Source: Chloroflexota bacterium (GTDB taxonomy: Bacteria > Chloroflexota > UBA11872 > VXOZ01). Taken from it: a DNA stretch of 64,000 nt. A program made the position numbers and the translations under genes. The stretch covers positions 2,304,001 to 2,368,000 of the forward strand of contig OZ219802.1 of assembly GCA_964291655.2 (NCBI GenBank), read 5' to 3'. Below the pieces are notes generated by a model that made no database searches, was not told the DNA's origin, and was given only the letters and a program-made list of their open reading frames with translations. This document shows positions 9,955 to 20,104 of this stretch, piece after piece (within the stretch, counting starts at the first letter, position 1; each line of letters opens with the position of its first letter).

Positions 9955-12156
9955 ATGCCACCGGAATATGATGCAGCGACATTACGTGAGTACTGCGGGA
10001 CGGTCGCGTTGGAGCCGACCGCCGATGTGGTGGCCGGGTCGTGGGGCACGTGGACGTTCACCTTCACCGTGGGCACGTACGGTATGGACGACCGCTCCAA
10101 CCTGCGTTTGGTGATGCGGGGCGTCTGTGACTGGGGCGCGCCGGACTTCGACGATCCCACCGCGCCGAATTACTGCCGCATCCATACCGACGGCAACGCC
10201 AAACTGCAGGTGCACTTCGACCGCGAGAACCACGTGCGCCCCTGGCGGCGCACCATCCACGTGCACGTGCACGACGGCACGCTGGCGGCGGGAGAAAAAA
10301 TCTGGATCGTGCTTGGCGACCCCACGGGGGGCAGTCCCGGCAGCCAGGCGCAGACATTCGTGGAGAGCACGTTCGAGTTCAAGTTCTTTGCCGACAACTT
10401 CGGCACCCTGCAGTTCCGCGAACTGCCGGACGCGCCGGTGGTGCGCATCGTGGCGGGCCCGACGGCGAGTTTGGTGGCGCAAGCGCCGAGCATGGTGGCC
10501 GCGGGCGAGGAAGTCGACGTGCTCGTGCGCGCCGACGATGCCTGGGGCAATACGGCGAGCAGTTTTTGCGGTGAGGTCGGCCTGTACTGGCCGCACCAAG
10601 CCGAGCCGCTGGCGAGCCACTCCTTCAGCCAAGACGATGGTGGGATTTATTGCTTCACCGGCCTAGAGCTTAGCGAGACCGGGATTGCACGCTTGGAGGC
10701 CCGCAGTGAAAGTCCGGCGTTCTCTGTCCTCAGCAATCCCATCCACGTGCAGAACGATCCACCCGACCTCCGCCTCTACTGGGGCGATATGCACGCGCAG
10801 ACCGAAGAGACCGTAGGCACGGGCAGCCCCGACGAATACTTCACCTACGCCCGCGACCACGCGGGAGTCGACTTCCTGGGCATCCAGGGCAACGACTTTC
10901 AGATTACGGCTGAGTTCTGGTATGAGCTGCAAGAGATCGTGATGCGCTACAACGAGCCCGGACGCTTTCTCACGCTGCTCGGCTACGAGTGGTCAGGCAA
11001 CCATCCGGCAGGCGGCGACCACAACGTGCACTTTCTCGGCGATGAAGGCCCGCTGCATCGTTCGTCCCACTGGCAGGTGCCGGGCGACCCCGGGCCGTGG
11101 GAGGACAAGTGCCCGGTCTCGACGCTCGTGGACCTTTACCGCGGCCTGGACGATGTCTTCATGATTCCCCACATCGGCGGACGGCGCGCGAACCTTGACT
11201 ATTTTGATTCGGAAGTCATGCCCTTGATCGAGATCGCCTCGGCCCACGGCTGGTTCGAGTGGGTCTGGCAGGAGGCGCTGGAGCGCGGCTACATCACTGG
11301 TTTTGCCGCCGGCAGCGACGACCACACCGGACGTCCCGGCACCAGCCGTCCCACCAACGGCGGCATGTTCGGCGTGCGCGGCGGACTGCTCGGCGCCTAT
11401 GCGCCCGATCTGCTACGCCGCTCGATTTGGGACGCCATCCGCGCTCGGCATACCTTTGCCTCAACCGGCGCGCGCATGATCGTCCACATGACCGCCGACG
11501 GGCACCTGCAGGGTGATATTTTTGAATCAACTAATCCGCCCTCGCTGCAGGTCAGGGTGGCCGGCTCCGCTCCCTTGGAGAAAGTGGAGGTGCTGCGCGG
11601 CACAGAGCCGGTCTACTCCCATTCCCTGGTGGAGCCGGAGAGCGGTATCCCCCGAAGAGTCCGCGTCGGCTGGCGCGGCTCCCGCGTGAAAGACCGCACC
11701 CGCCGCCTGCGCTGGGACGGCAGCCTGCGCGTGGGAAAAGGCCGCATTGCCGCGGCCAAGGGCTGGGCCTTTGACGATCCGACGGAAGGCGTTGTGGATT
11801 GGAACGAAGAAAGCGTGCGCTGGGTCTCGCAGACCTCCGGCGACTGGGACGGCGTGGCACTGGAACTCGTGGGCGATGCCGATACGACGCTGCAGTTCAC
11901 CTCTGCGCCGGCCACGTTTTCGGTGCGACTTGATGAACTGGCCAATTGCAGCGAAATCGTACGACCCGGAAACACCGGCGTGGGCAGCGAGGTGCGCATC
12001 AGCCGCGACGATGAGGAGCGCGCACCCCTAGATGCGGCTTTCACCTTCCAGGACCCGGAACCGCTGCAGCAAGACCTTACGCCCTATTTCGTCCGCGTCA
12101 CCCAATACGACGGCGAAATGGCCTGGTGCAGTCCGGTATTCGTGCAAAAGGCGTGA
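9955..12156 (+). CDS. DUF3604-like PHP-fold metallohydrolase
   Basis: YWGDMHAQT, LGYEWS, IPHIGG, GSDDHTGRPG, C-terminal YFVRVTQ..G.MAWCSP. Confidence 0.8.
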   Translation: MPPEYDAATLREYCGTVALEPTADVVAGSWGTWTFTFTVGTYGMDDRSNLRLVMRGVCDWGAPDFDDPTAPNYCRIHTDGNAKLQVHFDRENHVRPWRRTIHVHVHDGTLAAGEKIWIVLGDPTGGSPGSQAQTFVESTFEFKFFADNFGTLQFRELPDAPVVRIVAGPTASLVAQAPSMVAAGEEVDVLVRADDAWGNTASSFCGEVGLYWPHQAEPLASHSFSQDDGGIYCFTGLELSETGIARLEARSESPAFSVLSNPIHVQNDPPDLRLYWGDMHAQTEETVGTGSPDEYFTYARDHAGVDFLGIQGNDFQITAEFWYELQEIVMRYNEPGRFLTLLGYEWSGNHPAGGDHNVHFLGDEGPLHRSSHWQVPGDPGPWEDKCPVSTLVDLYRGLDDVFMIPHIGGRRANLDYFDSEVMPLIEIASAHGWFEWVWQEALERGYITGFAAGSDDHTGRPGTSRPTNGGMFGVRGGLLGAYAPDLLRRSIWDAIRARHTFASTGARMIVHMTADGHLQGDIFESTNPPSLQVRVAGSAPLEKVEVLRGTEPVYSHSLVEPESGIPRRVRVGWRGSRVKDRTRRLRWDGSLRVGKGRIAAAKGWAFDDPTEGVVDWNEESVRWVSQTSGDWDGVALELVGDADTTLQFTSAPATFSVRLDELANCSEIVRPGNTGVGSEVRISRDDEERAPLDAAFTFQDPEPLQQDLTPYFVRVTQYDGEMAWCSPVFVQKA

Positions 12157-12250
12157 TCCTGCAATGCATCCTTGCCAGCATGTGTGATTTCTTGCCTCGC
12201 CTGCGGGTGTCGGCAGGGGGCAAGCCCTCGCGATACGTCAAACCTCCCTG

Positions 12251-12431
12251 GTAGCGCAGGTTTGTAACCTGCGTCCTGTTGCGCCAACTGGATTAGACTG
12301 TGAGGAACCCCTGGAATCCGAGGCATTGAGGGGGGCCACAGTTCCTCGCGGTAGCAACGCTCCTCATGTGAGACCGCCGCAGGACGTGCGCAATGCCGTG
12401 TACCCAAGCGGGGGACAAGCCCCCGCGCTAC
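12251..12431. repeat. REP cluster (family A at 12251-12272; family B GTAGCGCGGGGGCTTGTCCCCCGC on minus strand at 12408-12431)
   Basis: Family B recurs at 29628-29652, 55836-55859 and 56004-56027. Confidence 0.8.
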
Positions 12432-12454
12432 GTAATCAGGACTTTGACAGATAG

Positions 12455-13249
12455 TTGAAACTCATGCCGTATCCAAATTTCCCTAATAAGCACCGCGAGG
12501 AGGCGTTTATTACGCCGGAAGCCTCGTTGGAATACTTTCACAGCCATAGGAGCGAGTCAGCGTTGCCGCCACCGGAATCGGTTATTCTCTGTTACCAGAG
12601 TTCCTTATTGGCGCACATCCTCGAACAGCACGAGACCACGAGCACCGAGCGAGGTGCGATGGTGAGCCTGCATTCGCTGAACGAGACGGAGAACCGGGTT
12701 GCCGTCAAAGGCGGCTTCGGCATCGGCGCTCCGGCGGCGATTGTGGTTCTGGAAGAGCTCATTGTTCAGGGCATACGGCGCTTTCTCTCAATCGGCACCG
12801 CCGGCAGTCTGCAGCGGCACGTAGCCATTGGCGACATTGTCGTTTGCGACCGCGCGATTCGGGATGAAGGCACGTCACACCACTACCTGCCGCCGGAGAC
12901 GTACGCCCATGCCTCTCCCGCCATGACCAGTCGGCTGGTAGCGGCGCTACAGGCCACAGACATTGCGCATAGCGTCGGCACAAGTTGGACTGTAGACGCG
13001 CCATACCGCGAGACCGTTGCGGAGGTACAGCACAACCAAGCTGAAGGCGTGCTCACGGTAGAGATGGAGGCTGCGGCGCTCTTTGCCGTGGCGGCGTACC
13101 GGGGCGTCGAGATGGGCTCGCTGTTGACGATTAGCGATTCTCTTGCCGATCTGACCTGGGACCCGCACTTCCGCTCCGACACCACGCGGGTGGGTCTGGA
13201 AACGCTCTATCAAGTGGCGCTGGAGGCGTTGCAGGCTAATTCCGACTAG
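12455..13249 (+). CDS. Nucleoside phosphorylase (PNP/UDP family)
   Basis: GIGAP, IGTAGSL, RDEGTS.HY, WTVDAPYRET, VEMEAA. Start may be 12464. Confidence 0.9.
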   Translation: MKLMPYPNFPNKHREEAFITPEASLEYFHSHRSESALPPPESVILCYQSSLLAHILEQHETTSTERGAMVSLHSLNETENRVAVKGGFGIGAPAAIVVLEELIVQGIRRFLSIGTAGSLQRHVAIGDIVVCDRAIRDEGTSHHYLPPETYAHASPAMTSRLVAALQATDIAHSVGTSWTVDAPYRETVAEVQHNQAEGVLTVEMEAAALFAVAAYRGVEMGSLLTISDSLADLTWDPHFRSDTTRVGLETLYQVALEALQANSD

Positions 13250-13263
13250 GGCTGGGGCGGCGG

Positions 13264-14754
13264 TCACGTTACCGCCCACGCACGGGCGCGTTCCACCGCG
13301 CGTTGCCAGGTGGCATAGCGGGATTCGCGCTCGTCGGCGCTGATTTGGGGCTCGTAGCGTCGCGCGACTCGCCACTGCGCTGCCACGGCTACGGTATCCG
13401 GCCAGAAGCCCACGCCCAGTCCCGCCAAGTACGCCGCGCCCAGCGCCGTGGTCTCCGTCACCGCAGGCACGACCACGGGGATGCCGAGCAGATCGGCTTG
13501 GGTCTGCATCAGGAGCGTGTTCGCCACTGCGCCGCCGTCGGCCCGGAGTTCCTGCAGCGCAACGCCCGATTCCTGCTGCATCGTTGCCACTACGTCGCGG
13601 GTCTGAAACGCGATGGCATCCAAAGTGGCGCGGACAACATGCGCCTTGGTAGAGCCGAGGGTGAGGCCGAGGATGGTCCCCCGTGCCTCGGGGTCCCAAT
13701 ATGGCGTACCGAGACCGGTGAATGCGGGCACTACGACCACGCCGCCGGAGTCCGGTACTTGCCGCGCCAGACCCTCGCTCTCTCCCGCCGTGGCAATGAC
13801 GCCTAGCTTGTCACGCAGCCACTGAATTGCGGCTCCGGCCACGAAAACCGACCCTTCCAGCGCATAGGCAGGGGCGTCCGCAGAGGCTGCCACCGTCGTA
13901 AGCAGTCCGGTTTCCGAAGGCGTGGCCTCGTTGCCGGTGTGCGAGAGCAGAAAGCAGCCGGTGCCGTACGTGTTCTTAGCGTGGCCGGGTTGCCAGCAGG
14001 TCTGACCGAAAAGCGCCGCCTGCTGATCGCCCGCAATGCCGGCAATCGGAGTGGCAGCGCCAAACACCGCCGGATCTGTGTGCCCCACTACGCCCGATGA
14101 AGGTACCACCTGCGGCATGGCTTCGCGCGAAATGCCAAAGAGCGCCAGCAAACCGGCATCCCAGTCACGGGCGCGGATGTCGTAGAGCATGGTGCGGGAG
14201 GCGTTGGTGGGATCGGTCACGTGCTGGGCGTGACCCGTCAGGTTTGCAATGAGCCAAGAGTCCACCGTGCCCAGGCAGAGGTCGTTCTGCGCCGCCAGTT
14301 CGCTGGCGCGGGGCACGTTACGCAGGATCCACTCGAACTTGGGGCCCGAAAAGTAGGCATCGAGCACCAGGCCGGTCTTCTGCCGAACAGCGCTGGCCAG
14401 GCCCTGCGCCTCCAGCTCCTGGCAGCGCCCCGCCGTGCGACGGCATTGCCAGACGATCGCGTTGCCCAGCGGCTCACCCGTGGACCGTTGCCAGGCGAGG
14501 CTCGTCTCCCGCTGGTTGGTGATGCCGACGGCCGCAATCCGCTCGGGCGCGACAGCCGTCACTTTCAGTACGGCTTGGATGCACGCATACTGCGATTGCC
14601 AGATGGCGCTAGGGTCGTGCTCCACCCAGCCTGTCTGCGGGTAGACTTGCGGCAGCTCTTGGCCTGCGCTGGCGACGATCTGCCCTTCGACATCAAATAG
14701 GATGGCGCGGGAGGAGGTGGTGCCTTGGTCAAGGGCGAGTATGTAGTCGTTCAC
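13264..14754 (-). CDS. glpK: Glycerol kinase
   Basis: LALDQGTTSSRA, TNQRET, GDQQAALFGQ, KNTYGTGCF, ETTALGAA. Confidence 0.96.
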   Translation of the reverse strand: MNDYILALDQGTTSSRAILFDVEGQIVASAGQELPQVYPQTGWVEHDPSAIWQSQYACIQAVLKVTAVAPERIAAVGITNQRETSLAWQRSTGEPLGNAIVWQCRRTAGRCQELEAQGLASAVRQKTGLVLDAYFSGPKFEWILRNVPRASELAAQNDLCLGTVDSWLIANLTGHAQHVTDPTNASRTMLYDIRARDWDAGLLALFGISREAMPQVVPSSGVVGHTDPAVFGAATPIAGIAGDQQAALFGQTCWQPGHAKNTYGTGCFLLSHTGNEATPSETGLLTTVAASADAPAYALEGSVFVAGAAIQWLRDKLGVIATAGESEGLARQVPDSGGVVVVPAFTGLGTPYWDPEARGTILGLTLGSTKAHVVRATLDAIAFQTRDVVATMQQESGVALQELRADGGAVANTLLMQTQADLLGIPVVVPAVTETTALGAAYLAGLGVGFWPDTVAVAAQWRVARRYEPQISADERESRYATWQRAVERARAWAVT

Positions 14755-14796
14755 GCTAGTGCCACTTCTCGTTCAGATTCTGGGGCGCCAGTCGCC

Positions 14797-14823
14797 GTCA
14801 CTCCGGCGCAAGCCGGAGTCCAG
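14797..14823 (+). repeat. REP family (GTCACTCCGGCGCAAGCCGGAGTCCAG)
   Basis: Related copies at 58929-58955 (+) and 36269-36295 (-). Confidence 0.8.
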
Positions 14824-14872
14824 GGGGTCTGTGAGGCCGAAGTTCGCAAGTCAATTGAAGAATCACGAGTGC

Positions 14873-15883
14873 TCACACGGCAGCCGGGCGCTCAATCCGT
14901 AGTTGCTGGCCGTCGAGCACAGGCAACGTAAACCGAATACGGCCTGCTGCTATCGCCGTTACGTCGTTCACCGATTCGCCATTGCTCGTAATCAGCGCAC
15001 TCTGCCAGGCAGGAGGCACCTCCGCTGTGAGAGTGAGTTCCCTATTCTGCACGCGCTCCGGTATTCTGGGCGCTTCCATGTAGAAATTGATTGCGTCGTC
15101 AGCGGCGCAGTACCCGCGCGGATGGGCGGTACGGCGTAGCAAGATGTAGTCAATTACCTCGTCCGGCGTCGCCCGCCACACGTCCCCGACTTCCGCAACT
15201 TTCGCAAAGCGTTCGCCAAGCAAAGCGGGCGTAATGTCGCGTTCAGGGTCAGCCGGATCATCGGCTACAAACTGGGCGCTATCCACCAGCCAGCCCTCCG
15301 TATCCCGTGCCTGGTGCAGCCGCCAGTAGGGATCGTAGGTCCGCGCGGGCAGCGGGAGACCCTCTACCGTGTAGAGCGCTGACCGGCCCAGCGCATACAG
15401 GTCCTCGTCGACGTGGTTGTAGTTCAGGCGGTCTTCCAGCGTTAGAACTGCCTGGTAGCCGGCGGCTTGCACCTCTGCCGGCAGAATCCCATGGTGATGG
15501 TCTATAGTCGATACCACGAGCATCGTAACCGGCGCATCCACAAGTTTCTCGAGAGCTTCCCGCGATTCCCGCGTAGGGGCGTCCCTTGTGGGCGCCCATT
15601 CTCCTTGTTGCTTTCGTGTCGAGCCGCTGCCGGCAACGCTCCAGCCCTCCCGCTGGAGTTCCCGCAAGTCGTCATTGCTCAGAGCAGGTACATGTTTCCG
15701 GCTGCCCGATTCACTCTGGCCGCTGCCGCTTGATAGTCCCTCCGCGTCGAGGGCTATGGTCCCGGGTATCGCATGCCGGCGGTGCAACGGTAGGGCCGAC
15801 TCCAATAGGGAGTGCACTGCTGCGTCGTACGTGATGGAATACACCCAGCGCCAACCGTGCTTCCAAGTTTCTACGCGCAGCAT
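14873..15883 (-). CDS. NodB/polysaccharide-deacetylase-like protein, catalytic motifs degenerate
   Basis: YSITYD.., L.ELQREGW.V, VW.ATPDEV.DY pattern. Lacks the DD and HxxxH motifs and contains an in-frame REP. Confidence 0.6.
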   Translation of the reverse strand: MLRVETWKHGWRWVYSITYDAAVHSLLESALPLHRRHAIPGTIALDAEGLSSGSGQSESGSRKHVPALSNDDLRELQREGWSVAGSGSTRKQQGEWAPTRDAPTRESREALEKLVDAPVTMLVVSTIDHHHGILPAEVQAAGYQAVLTLEDRLNYNHVDEDLYALGRSALYTVEGLPLPARTYDPYWRLHQARDTEGWLVDSAQFVADDPADPERDITPALLGERFAKVAEVGDVWRATPDEVIDYILLRRTAHPRGYCAADDAINFYMEAPRIPERVQNRELTLTAEVPPAWQSALITSNGESVNDVTAIAAGRIRFTLPVLDGQQLRIERPAAV

Positions 15884-16131
15884 GCGGCTTCTCCTAAGCG
15901 ACTAATGGCGCAATCTTGCCACAAGACCAAACAGAATTTTAGTCCGTAATTCCCAAGAAAGCTGAAAGGCATCTCTTGCGTGATTCGTGGACACCCGCCT
16001 TCGCGGCAGTGACCGGTGAGACCACACGTCTCACTTCAGCGTTGACCTTAACTATAAAGGAATGTCCTGCTTTTTTCGCACCACCTAGAATAGAGGAGTG
16101 ATGCGTTCCTCAAGACTGAAGGAGACCCTGG

Positions 16132-16938
16132 ATGCCGAACCTGGAATTGCGTACCCGCTTCCTCATCCACGAACCGCGCACTATCGACTTGCCCTACCGG
16201 GAAGAGCACTTTGGCTTCAAGCACGCCTCCGTGAGTATTCCGCCATCCCAGGCTGCCATCGTGCTGGTGGACTGCTGGGACGAGCCGACCATCGAGAGCC
16301 ACGGCGAGCGCTCCGCTCAGATTTGCCAAGACCTCATCCGGCCGCTGCTTGATGCGTGCCGCGCGTTGGGAGTTGCTGTGGTGCACGCGCCGTCGCCGCC
16401 GGTGGCACGGAAGTTCCCGCAGTGGTTGCGCTACGCGGGCGATAGCGAACTCAATCCGCCGCCAAAGGCCGTCGCCGACTGGCCGCCGCCGGACTTCGCG
16501 CTACGGCAAGGCGCGTGGGCAAACCTGGAAGCGCACTACGGCGAGGAGTGGCAGCCTTTGCGCCGTCAACATGAGGAAGCTCGGTCCATTGATCAAGCCG
16601 TGTGGCCCACGGCAGAAGACTTCGTAATCGCCACCGGCGAGCAACTGCACCGCCTGTGCCGGGACAAGCAGATCCGCTATCTCTTCTACGCAGGCTTTGC
16701 CGCCAACTACTGTGTGCCCCACCGCGACTATGGCGTCTTCGCCATGCGCGAGCGTGGCTACTGCATAATCCTACTGCGGGACTGCACGACGAGCATCGGC
16801 ACACCCGGCCTGCCGCACAGTCTCTGTACGGAAGAGGTGTTTCATCACCTTGAATCGCGCAGTCTTGCCGGGTCGATTACGGCGAAGGAGTTCACGGCAG
16901 CGGCGGAATCCGTGACGGCAGCAACCATGGCTGACTAG
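16132..16938 (+). CDS. Isochorismatase/cysteine hydrolase family protein
   Basis: AIVLVDCW, YAGFAANYCV, LLRDCT. Confidence 0.8.
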   Translation: MPNLELRTRFLIHEPRTIDLPYREEHFGFKHASVSIPPSQAAIVLVDCWDEPTIESHGERSAQICQDLIRPLLDACRALGVAVVHAPSPPVARKFPQWLRYAGDSELNPPPKAVADWPPPDFALRQGAWANLEAHYGEEWQPLRRQHEEARSIDQAVWPTAEDFVIATGEQLHRLCRDKQIRYLFYAGFAANYCVPHRDYGVFAMRERGYCIILLRDCTTSIGTPGLPHSLCTEEVFHHLESRSLAGSITAKEFTAAAESVTAATMAD

Positions 16939-16943
16939 AGAAA

Positions 16944-17355
16944 AGAAGAGGGAGGCAACGCCCCCGTGCCTCCCTCTTCGGAAGAATTCTAGCCTACGTG
17001 TGTTCCCAGGTAACCGTCCACGCGTAGGGGCGGTTCGCGAACCGCCCCTACAGCCCGCACAGTCGGAATCCTCTCTGCGCTCGGAATGACATTTCGGAAG
17101 AATTTTAGCTAACGTGTCCTCTCGTAACAGTTTCCGCATTGGGGCGGTTCGCGAACCGCACTTACTTCGCGGCAGCGGCGCGGCAGGTCGCAGGTGCAAC
17201 GAAGGCGGGATGACGCGAAGAAGGGAGGCCACGCCCCGTGCCTCCCTTCTCAGTGGATGTATTGCCTACGGGTCTGAATGTTACAGGTCATACGTAGGGG
17301 CGGTTCACGAACCGCCCCTACTGCTAGATTCCTCGCTATGCTCGGAATGACATTC
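16944..17355. repeat. BIME-like mosaic of REPs
   Basis: GTAGGGGCGGTTCGCGAACCGCCCCTAC at 17024-17051, 17294-17321 and a partial copy at 17141. Two GGGAGGC..GCCTCCC hairpins and two GCTCGGAATGACATT units. Confidence 0.85.
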
Positions 17356-17418
17356 GCGTTCGGATTGACACTTGCGCTCGGAAGAATAGCGACTGTCAAC
17401 TGAAACCGGCTTGAGAAC

Positions 17419-18789
17419 CTAAGCGTTCTCCTTCTTCCAGTCCTCGATGGCCTGCTCGAGCGCCGCGAAGGAGTTATCGACCGCCTCTTCCGACGTCAGA
17501 TTGTCTTCCTCGCGGAAGTGGGGCCGCAGGTGCGTATTGAGGGCACCGGTGAAGCTCCGGTACGCTGGGTGAGGCCAGAACGGCGTGGCATAGCCCGCGC
17601 TGCGAGCGAATGACAACTGGTTGGCCGGGTGCGGGTTGTCTTCCGGCGGGCCGAAGGCATGTTGCGAAGGGATGTGCACGGGAATGGCGTGACCCCGCTG
17701 CCCCATCCACTCTTGATGGGAGGATTTGACAAACCAGACCACAAGCGTCTCCGCATCCGGATTCGTGCTGCTGTCTAGGACAAAGTGCTCTTCCTGACCC
17801 ATGAACGCGCCGCGGGTGCGTCCGCCGCCAATTTCGAGGTAGGGCGGCTCGATGGAATCGAATCCGAATTGGGCTTGCTCGCGTGTGGGCGTGATGCCCC
17901 ACGTGCCGAAGATCACCTGGCTGAGCTGCTGGTTGTTGAAGGCGTTGATAGCAAAGCCGCTCAAATCGATGTCTTCGTTGTTCGGGCCTGGGGCCGCGCC
18001 GCGCCTGGTCCACGCATCCTTGATCATGCGCACCATGTGCAGTGCGATTTCGCGGTCGGCGGCCAACTCGCCGTCTTCGTCGAGCATGCCCGCATAGACG
18101 AACGGCAAATACTGGGGGATATAGGAACTGGTGCTAATGCCCCAAGCGGTCGTCTTCTCCTGCCCCTGGTTGAGGTGTGCTGTCAGGTCTTCGGCATCGC
18201 TTAGCACTTGCTCCCACGTGGTGTCGTCAGTCGGTGGATTGAGGCCGGCGGCAGCGAATTGATCTTTGTTGTAGAAGATGCTCGTGGTGTTCAAGCCGTA
18301 CGGCACGCCGAGCAGTTTGCCCTGCCAGGTATTGCCCTTGATCACCGGTTCGACGATATCGTCGATATTTACGCCGTGTGCCGCCAGCATCGGGCGGTGG
18401 TCCCGGACGATGTCGGCCACCTGATGCGGCGCCACGCCCCACCAGCACACGTCCGGCGGTGAACCGGCTGCCAAGAGCGCCGGCAGTTCTCCCGGCGGAT
18501 AGCCCAGCTTCCAGGCAATGTCGACTTCGGGATGTTCCGTATCGAAGAGCTCCAACGTGGCCGCCGTCTTGGCGATCGTGTCCTCACGCTGGCTGATGAG
18601 CAACGCGACGACGGGTGCGTGCTCCATCATCTGCGGCTGCTCTGCCTCTTCCTGCGGGGCATCTGCCGCCTGCTCCATGGGCTCACCCGTCATCTGCACC
18701 TGGCCGCAGGCAGCCAAGACGAGTCCGGCGGAGCCGATAGTCGACGCGCCGAGTAAACTGCGCCGTGAAAGTCTTTGGGCATCTCTCAT
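17419..18789 (-). CDS. Extracellular solute-binding lipoprotein (ABC family 1), Tat signal
   Basis: SRRSLL..LAACG, IFYNKDQF..AG, TTW. ATG 18789 follows AGGAG. Confidence 0.9.
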   Translation of the reverse strand: MRDAQRLSRRSLLGASTIGSAGLVLAACGQVQMTGEPMEQAADAPQEEAEQPQMMEHAPVVALLISQREDTIAKTAATLELFDTEHPEVDIAWKLGYPPGELPALLAAGSPPDVCWWGVAPHQVADIVRDHRPMLAAHGVNIDDIVEPVIKGNTWQGKLLGVPYGLNTTSIFYNKDQFAAAGLNPPTDDTTWEQVLSDAEDLTAHLNQGQEKTTAWGISTSSYIPQYLPFVYAGMLDEDGELAADREIALHMVRMIKDAWTRRGAAPGPNNEDIDLSGFAINAFNNQQLSQVIFGTWGITPTREQAQFGFDSIEPPYLEIGGGRTRGAFMGQEEHFVLDSSTNPDAETLVVWFVKSSHQEWMGQRGHAIPVHIPSQHAFGPPEDNPHPANQLSFARSAGYATPFWPHPAYRSFTGALNTHLRPHFREEDNLTSEEAVDNSFAALEQAIEDWKKENA

Positions 18790-18868
18790 CGTTGCTCTCC
18801 TTTGTACCACTGCTCACTCTGCGGGAACGGCTTTGGGTGTTTCCCTGCCACTACCCGTTGTGGCAGGA

Positions 18869-18898
18869 AGTGTACCCCTGGATAACATACACTGTCAA
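18869..18898 (-). promoter_or_regulatory. Putative sigma70 promoter
   Basis: TTGACA-N18-TACACT upstream of the SBP gene. Confidence 0.55.
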
Positions 18899-19330
18899 GG
18901 CAGTACTGGAGTTCAGGCACGGCCTCGCAACTCTTTCCGCCATGAGCTTCCCGCATTTCCCGCGGCAAGAGCATGAAGCAAAAACCTGCAAGTTTGAGGA
19001 TTAAACAGACCTAATGAACTGAATGTCGAGCCCCGCCGATAAGGGACCTTGCCTGTCATTTCGAGCGAAGCGAGAATTCTAGAGTCCTGAAATTGCTCGT
19101 TTTCTCGTCGCGGGGTTTCTCCCTGAGCCTTTCGGCAGGCTCAAGACGGGCTTGGCGACGGGCTCACTTGAACGACAGGCTAACGAAAAGGGCTGCGCAT
19201 TGCATAGCAAATCCGCCCGGTATCTTGGCCGCGACTGAGTCTAGGGCCGCTCGTAGGCGTGCTATGGGCTGTGTCGGCGCGCCACACACAACGTCGGAGC
19301 AGGGCGACGTGGATTGCGGAAGTCCTCAGG

Positions 19331-20104
19331 CTAGGCCTTGCGCATTGCCAGAATGCGCGCCATGTTGCCGCCCATGATGAGGGCGCGCTGTTCCTCTGTC
19401 AGGGGCGCCGCCCGCAGCTTGCCGATCCCGGCGGTGAACGAGGTATCGCACCCAAAGAGCACACGCTCTGCGCCAACGACCCGCACGGCCGTCTGCACCA
19501 TGTCGCTATCGAAGACGCTGCCACTTGTATCGAGGTAGATGTTTGGTGTAGCGCGGGCTGCCTTGATCGTCCACTCCCAGTCGCCGCCGCCTCCGATGTG
19601 GGCGCAGATCAGCACGGCCTCGGGGTAACGTGCGGCCAATGCGGCGAGGTCCCCGCTATCGGAGATGTTGGGCTGGCTGGGTATCGGGCGGTGCGGATGC
19701 CCGGCGTGATGCAGAATTGGCACGCCGAGTTCTATTGTCAGTTCAACAATGGGAAAGAGGATGGGATCGGTGCACTTGTATTCGTTGTAGAGCTTGACGC
19801 CCATGAAGTCGTGCTCTTCCACGTAGTGCCGGATCTCCCACAACGCCTCTCGCGTAAAGCCGGGGTTCACGTAGCAGTAGCCGCGCACCTTGCCGGGGAA
19901 TTGGCGAGCCGCGGCGGCCATTTGCCGGTTGCACTCCTGGAAGTCCGCCAGCGGGGCGGGCATAGCCGTGGTCAGAATTGAGGCGCAGCTCAAGTCGATG
20001 CCCACGCGGTCGGCGGCAGCAAGCAGCGCGGCGTCACTGGAGCCCCAAATGCGCGTGATGCCGGTGTGGTCCCCGCTCAGATGCGCATGACAGTCAATGA
20101 CCAT
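19331..20104 (-). CDS. Amidohydrolase_2 family protein
   Basis: IDCHAH, GVKL, PILHH, AHIGGG, YLDTSGS, VLFGCD. Confidence 0.9.
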   Translation of the reverse strand: MVIDCHAHLSGDHTGITRIWGSSDAALLAAADRVGIDLSCASILTTAMPAPLADFQECNRQMAAAARQFPGKVRGYCYVNPGFTREALWEIRHYVEEHDFMGVKLYNEYKCTDPILFPIVELTIELGVPILHHAGHPHRPIPSQPNISDSGDLAALAARYPEAVLICAHIGGGGDWEWTIKAARATPNIYLDTSGSVFDSDMVQTAVRVVGAERVLFGCDTSFTAGIGKLRAAPLTEEQRALIMGGNMARILAMRKA

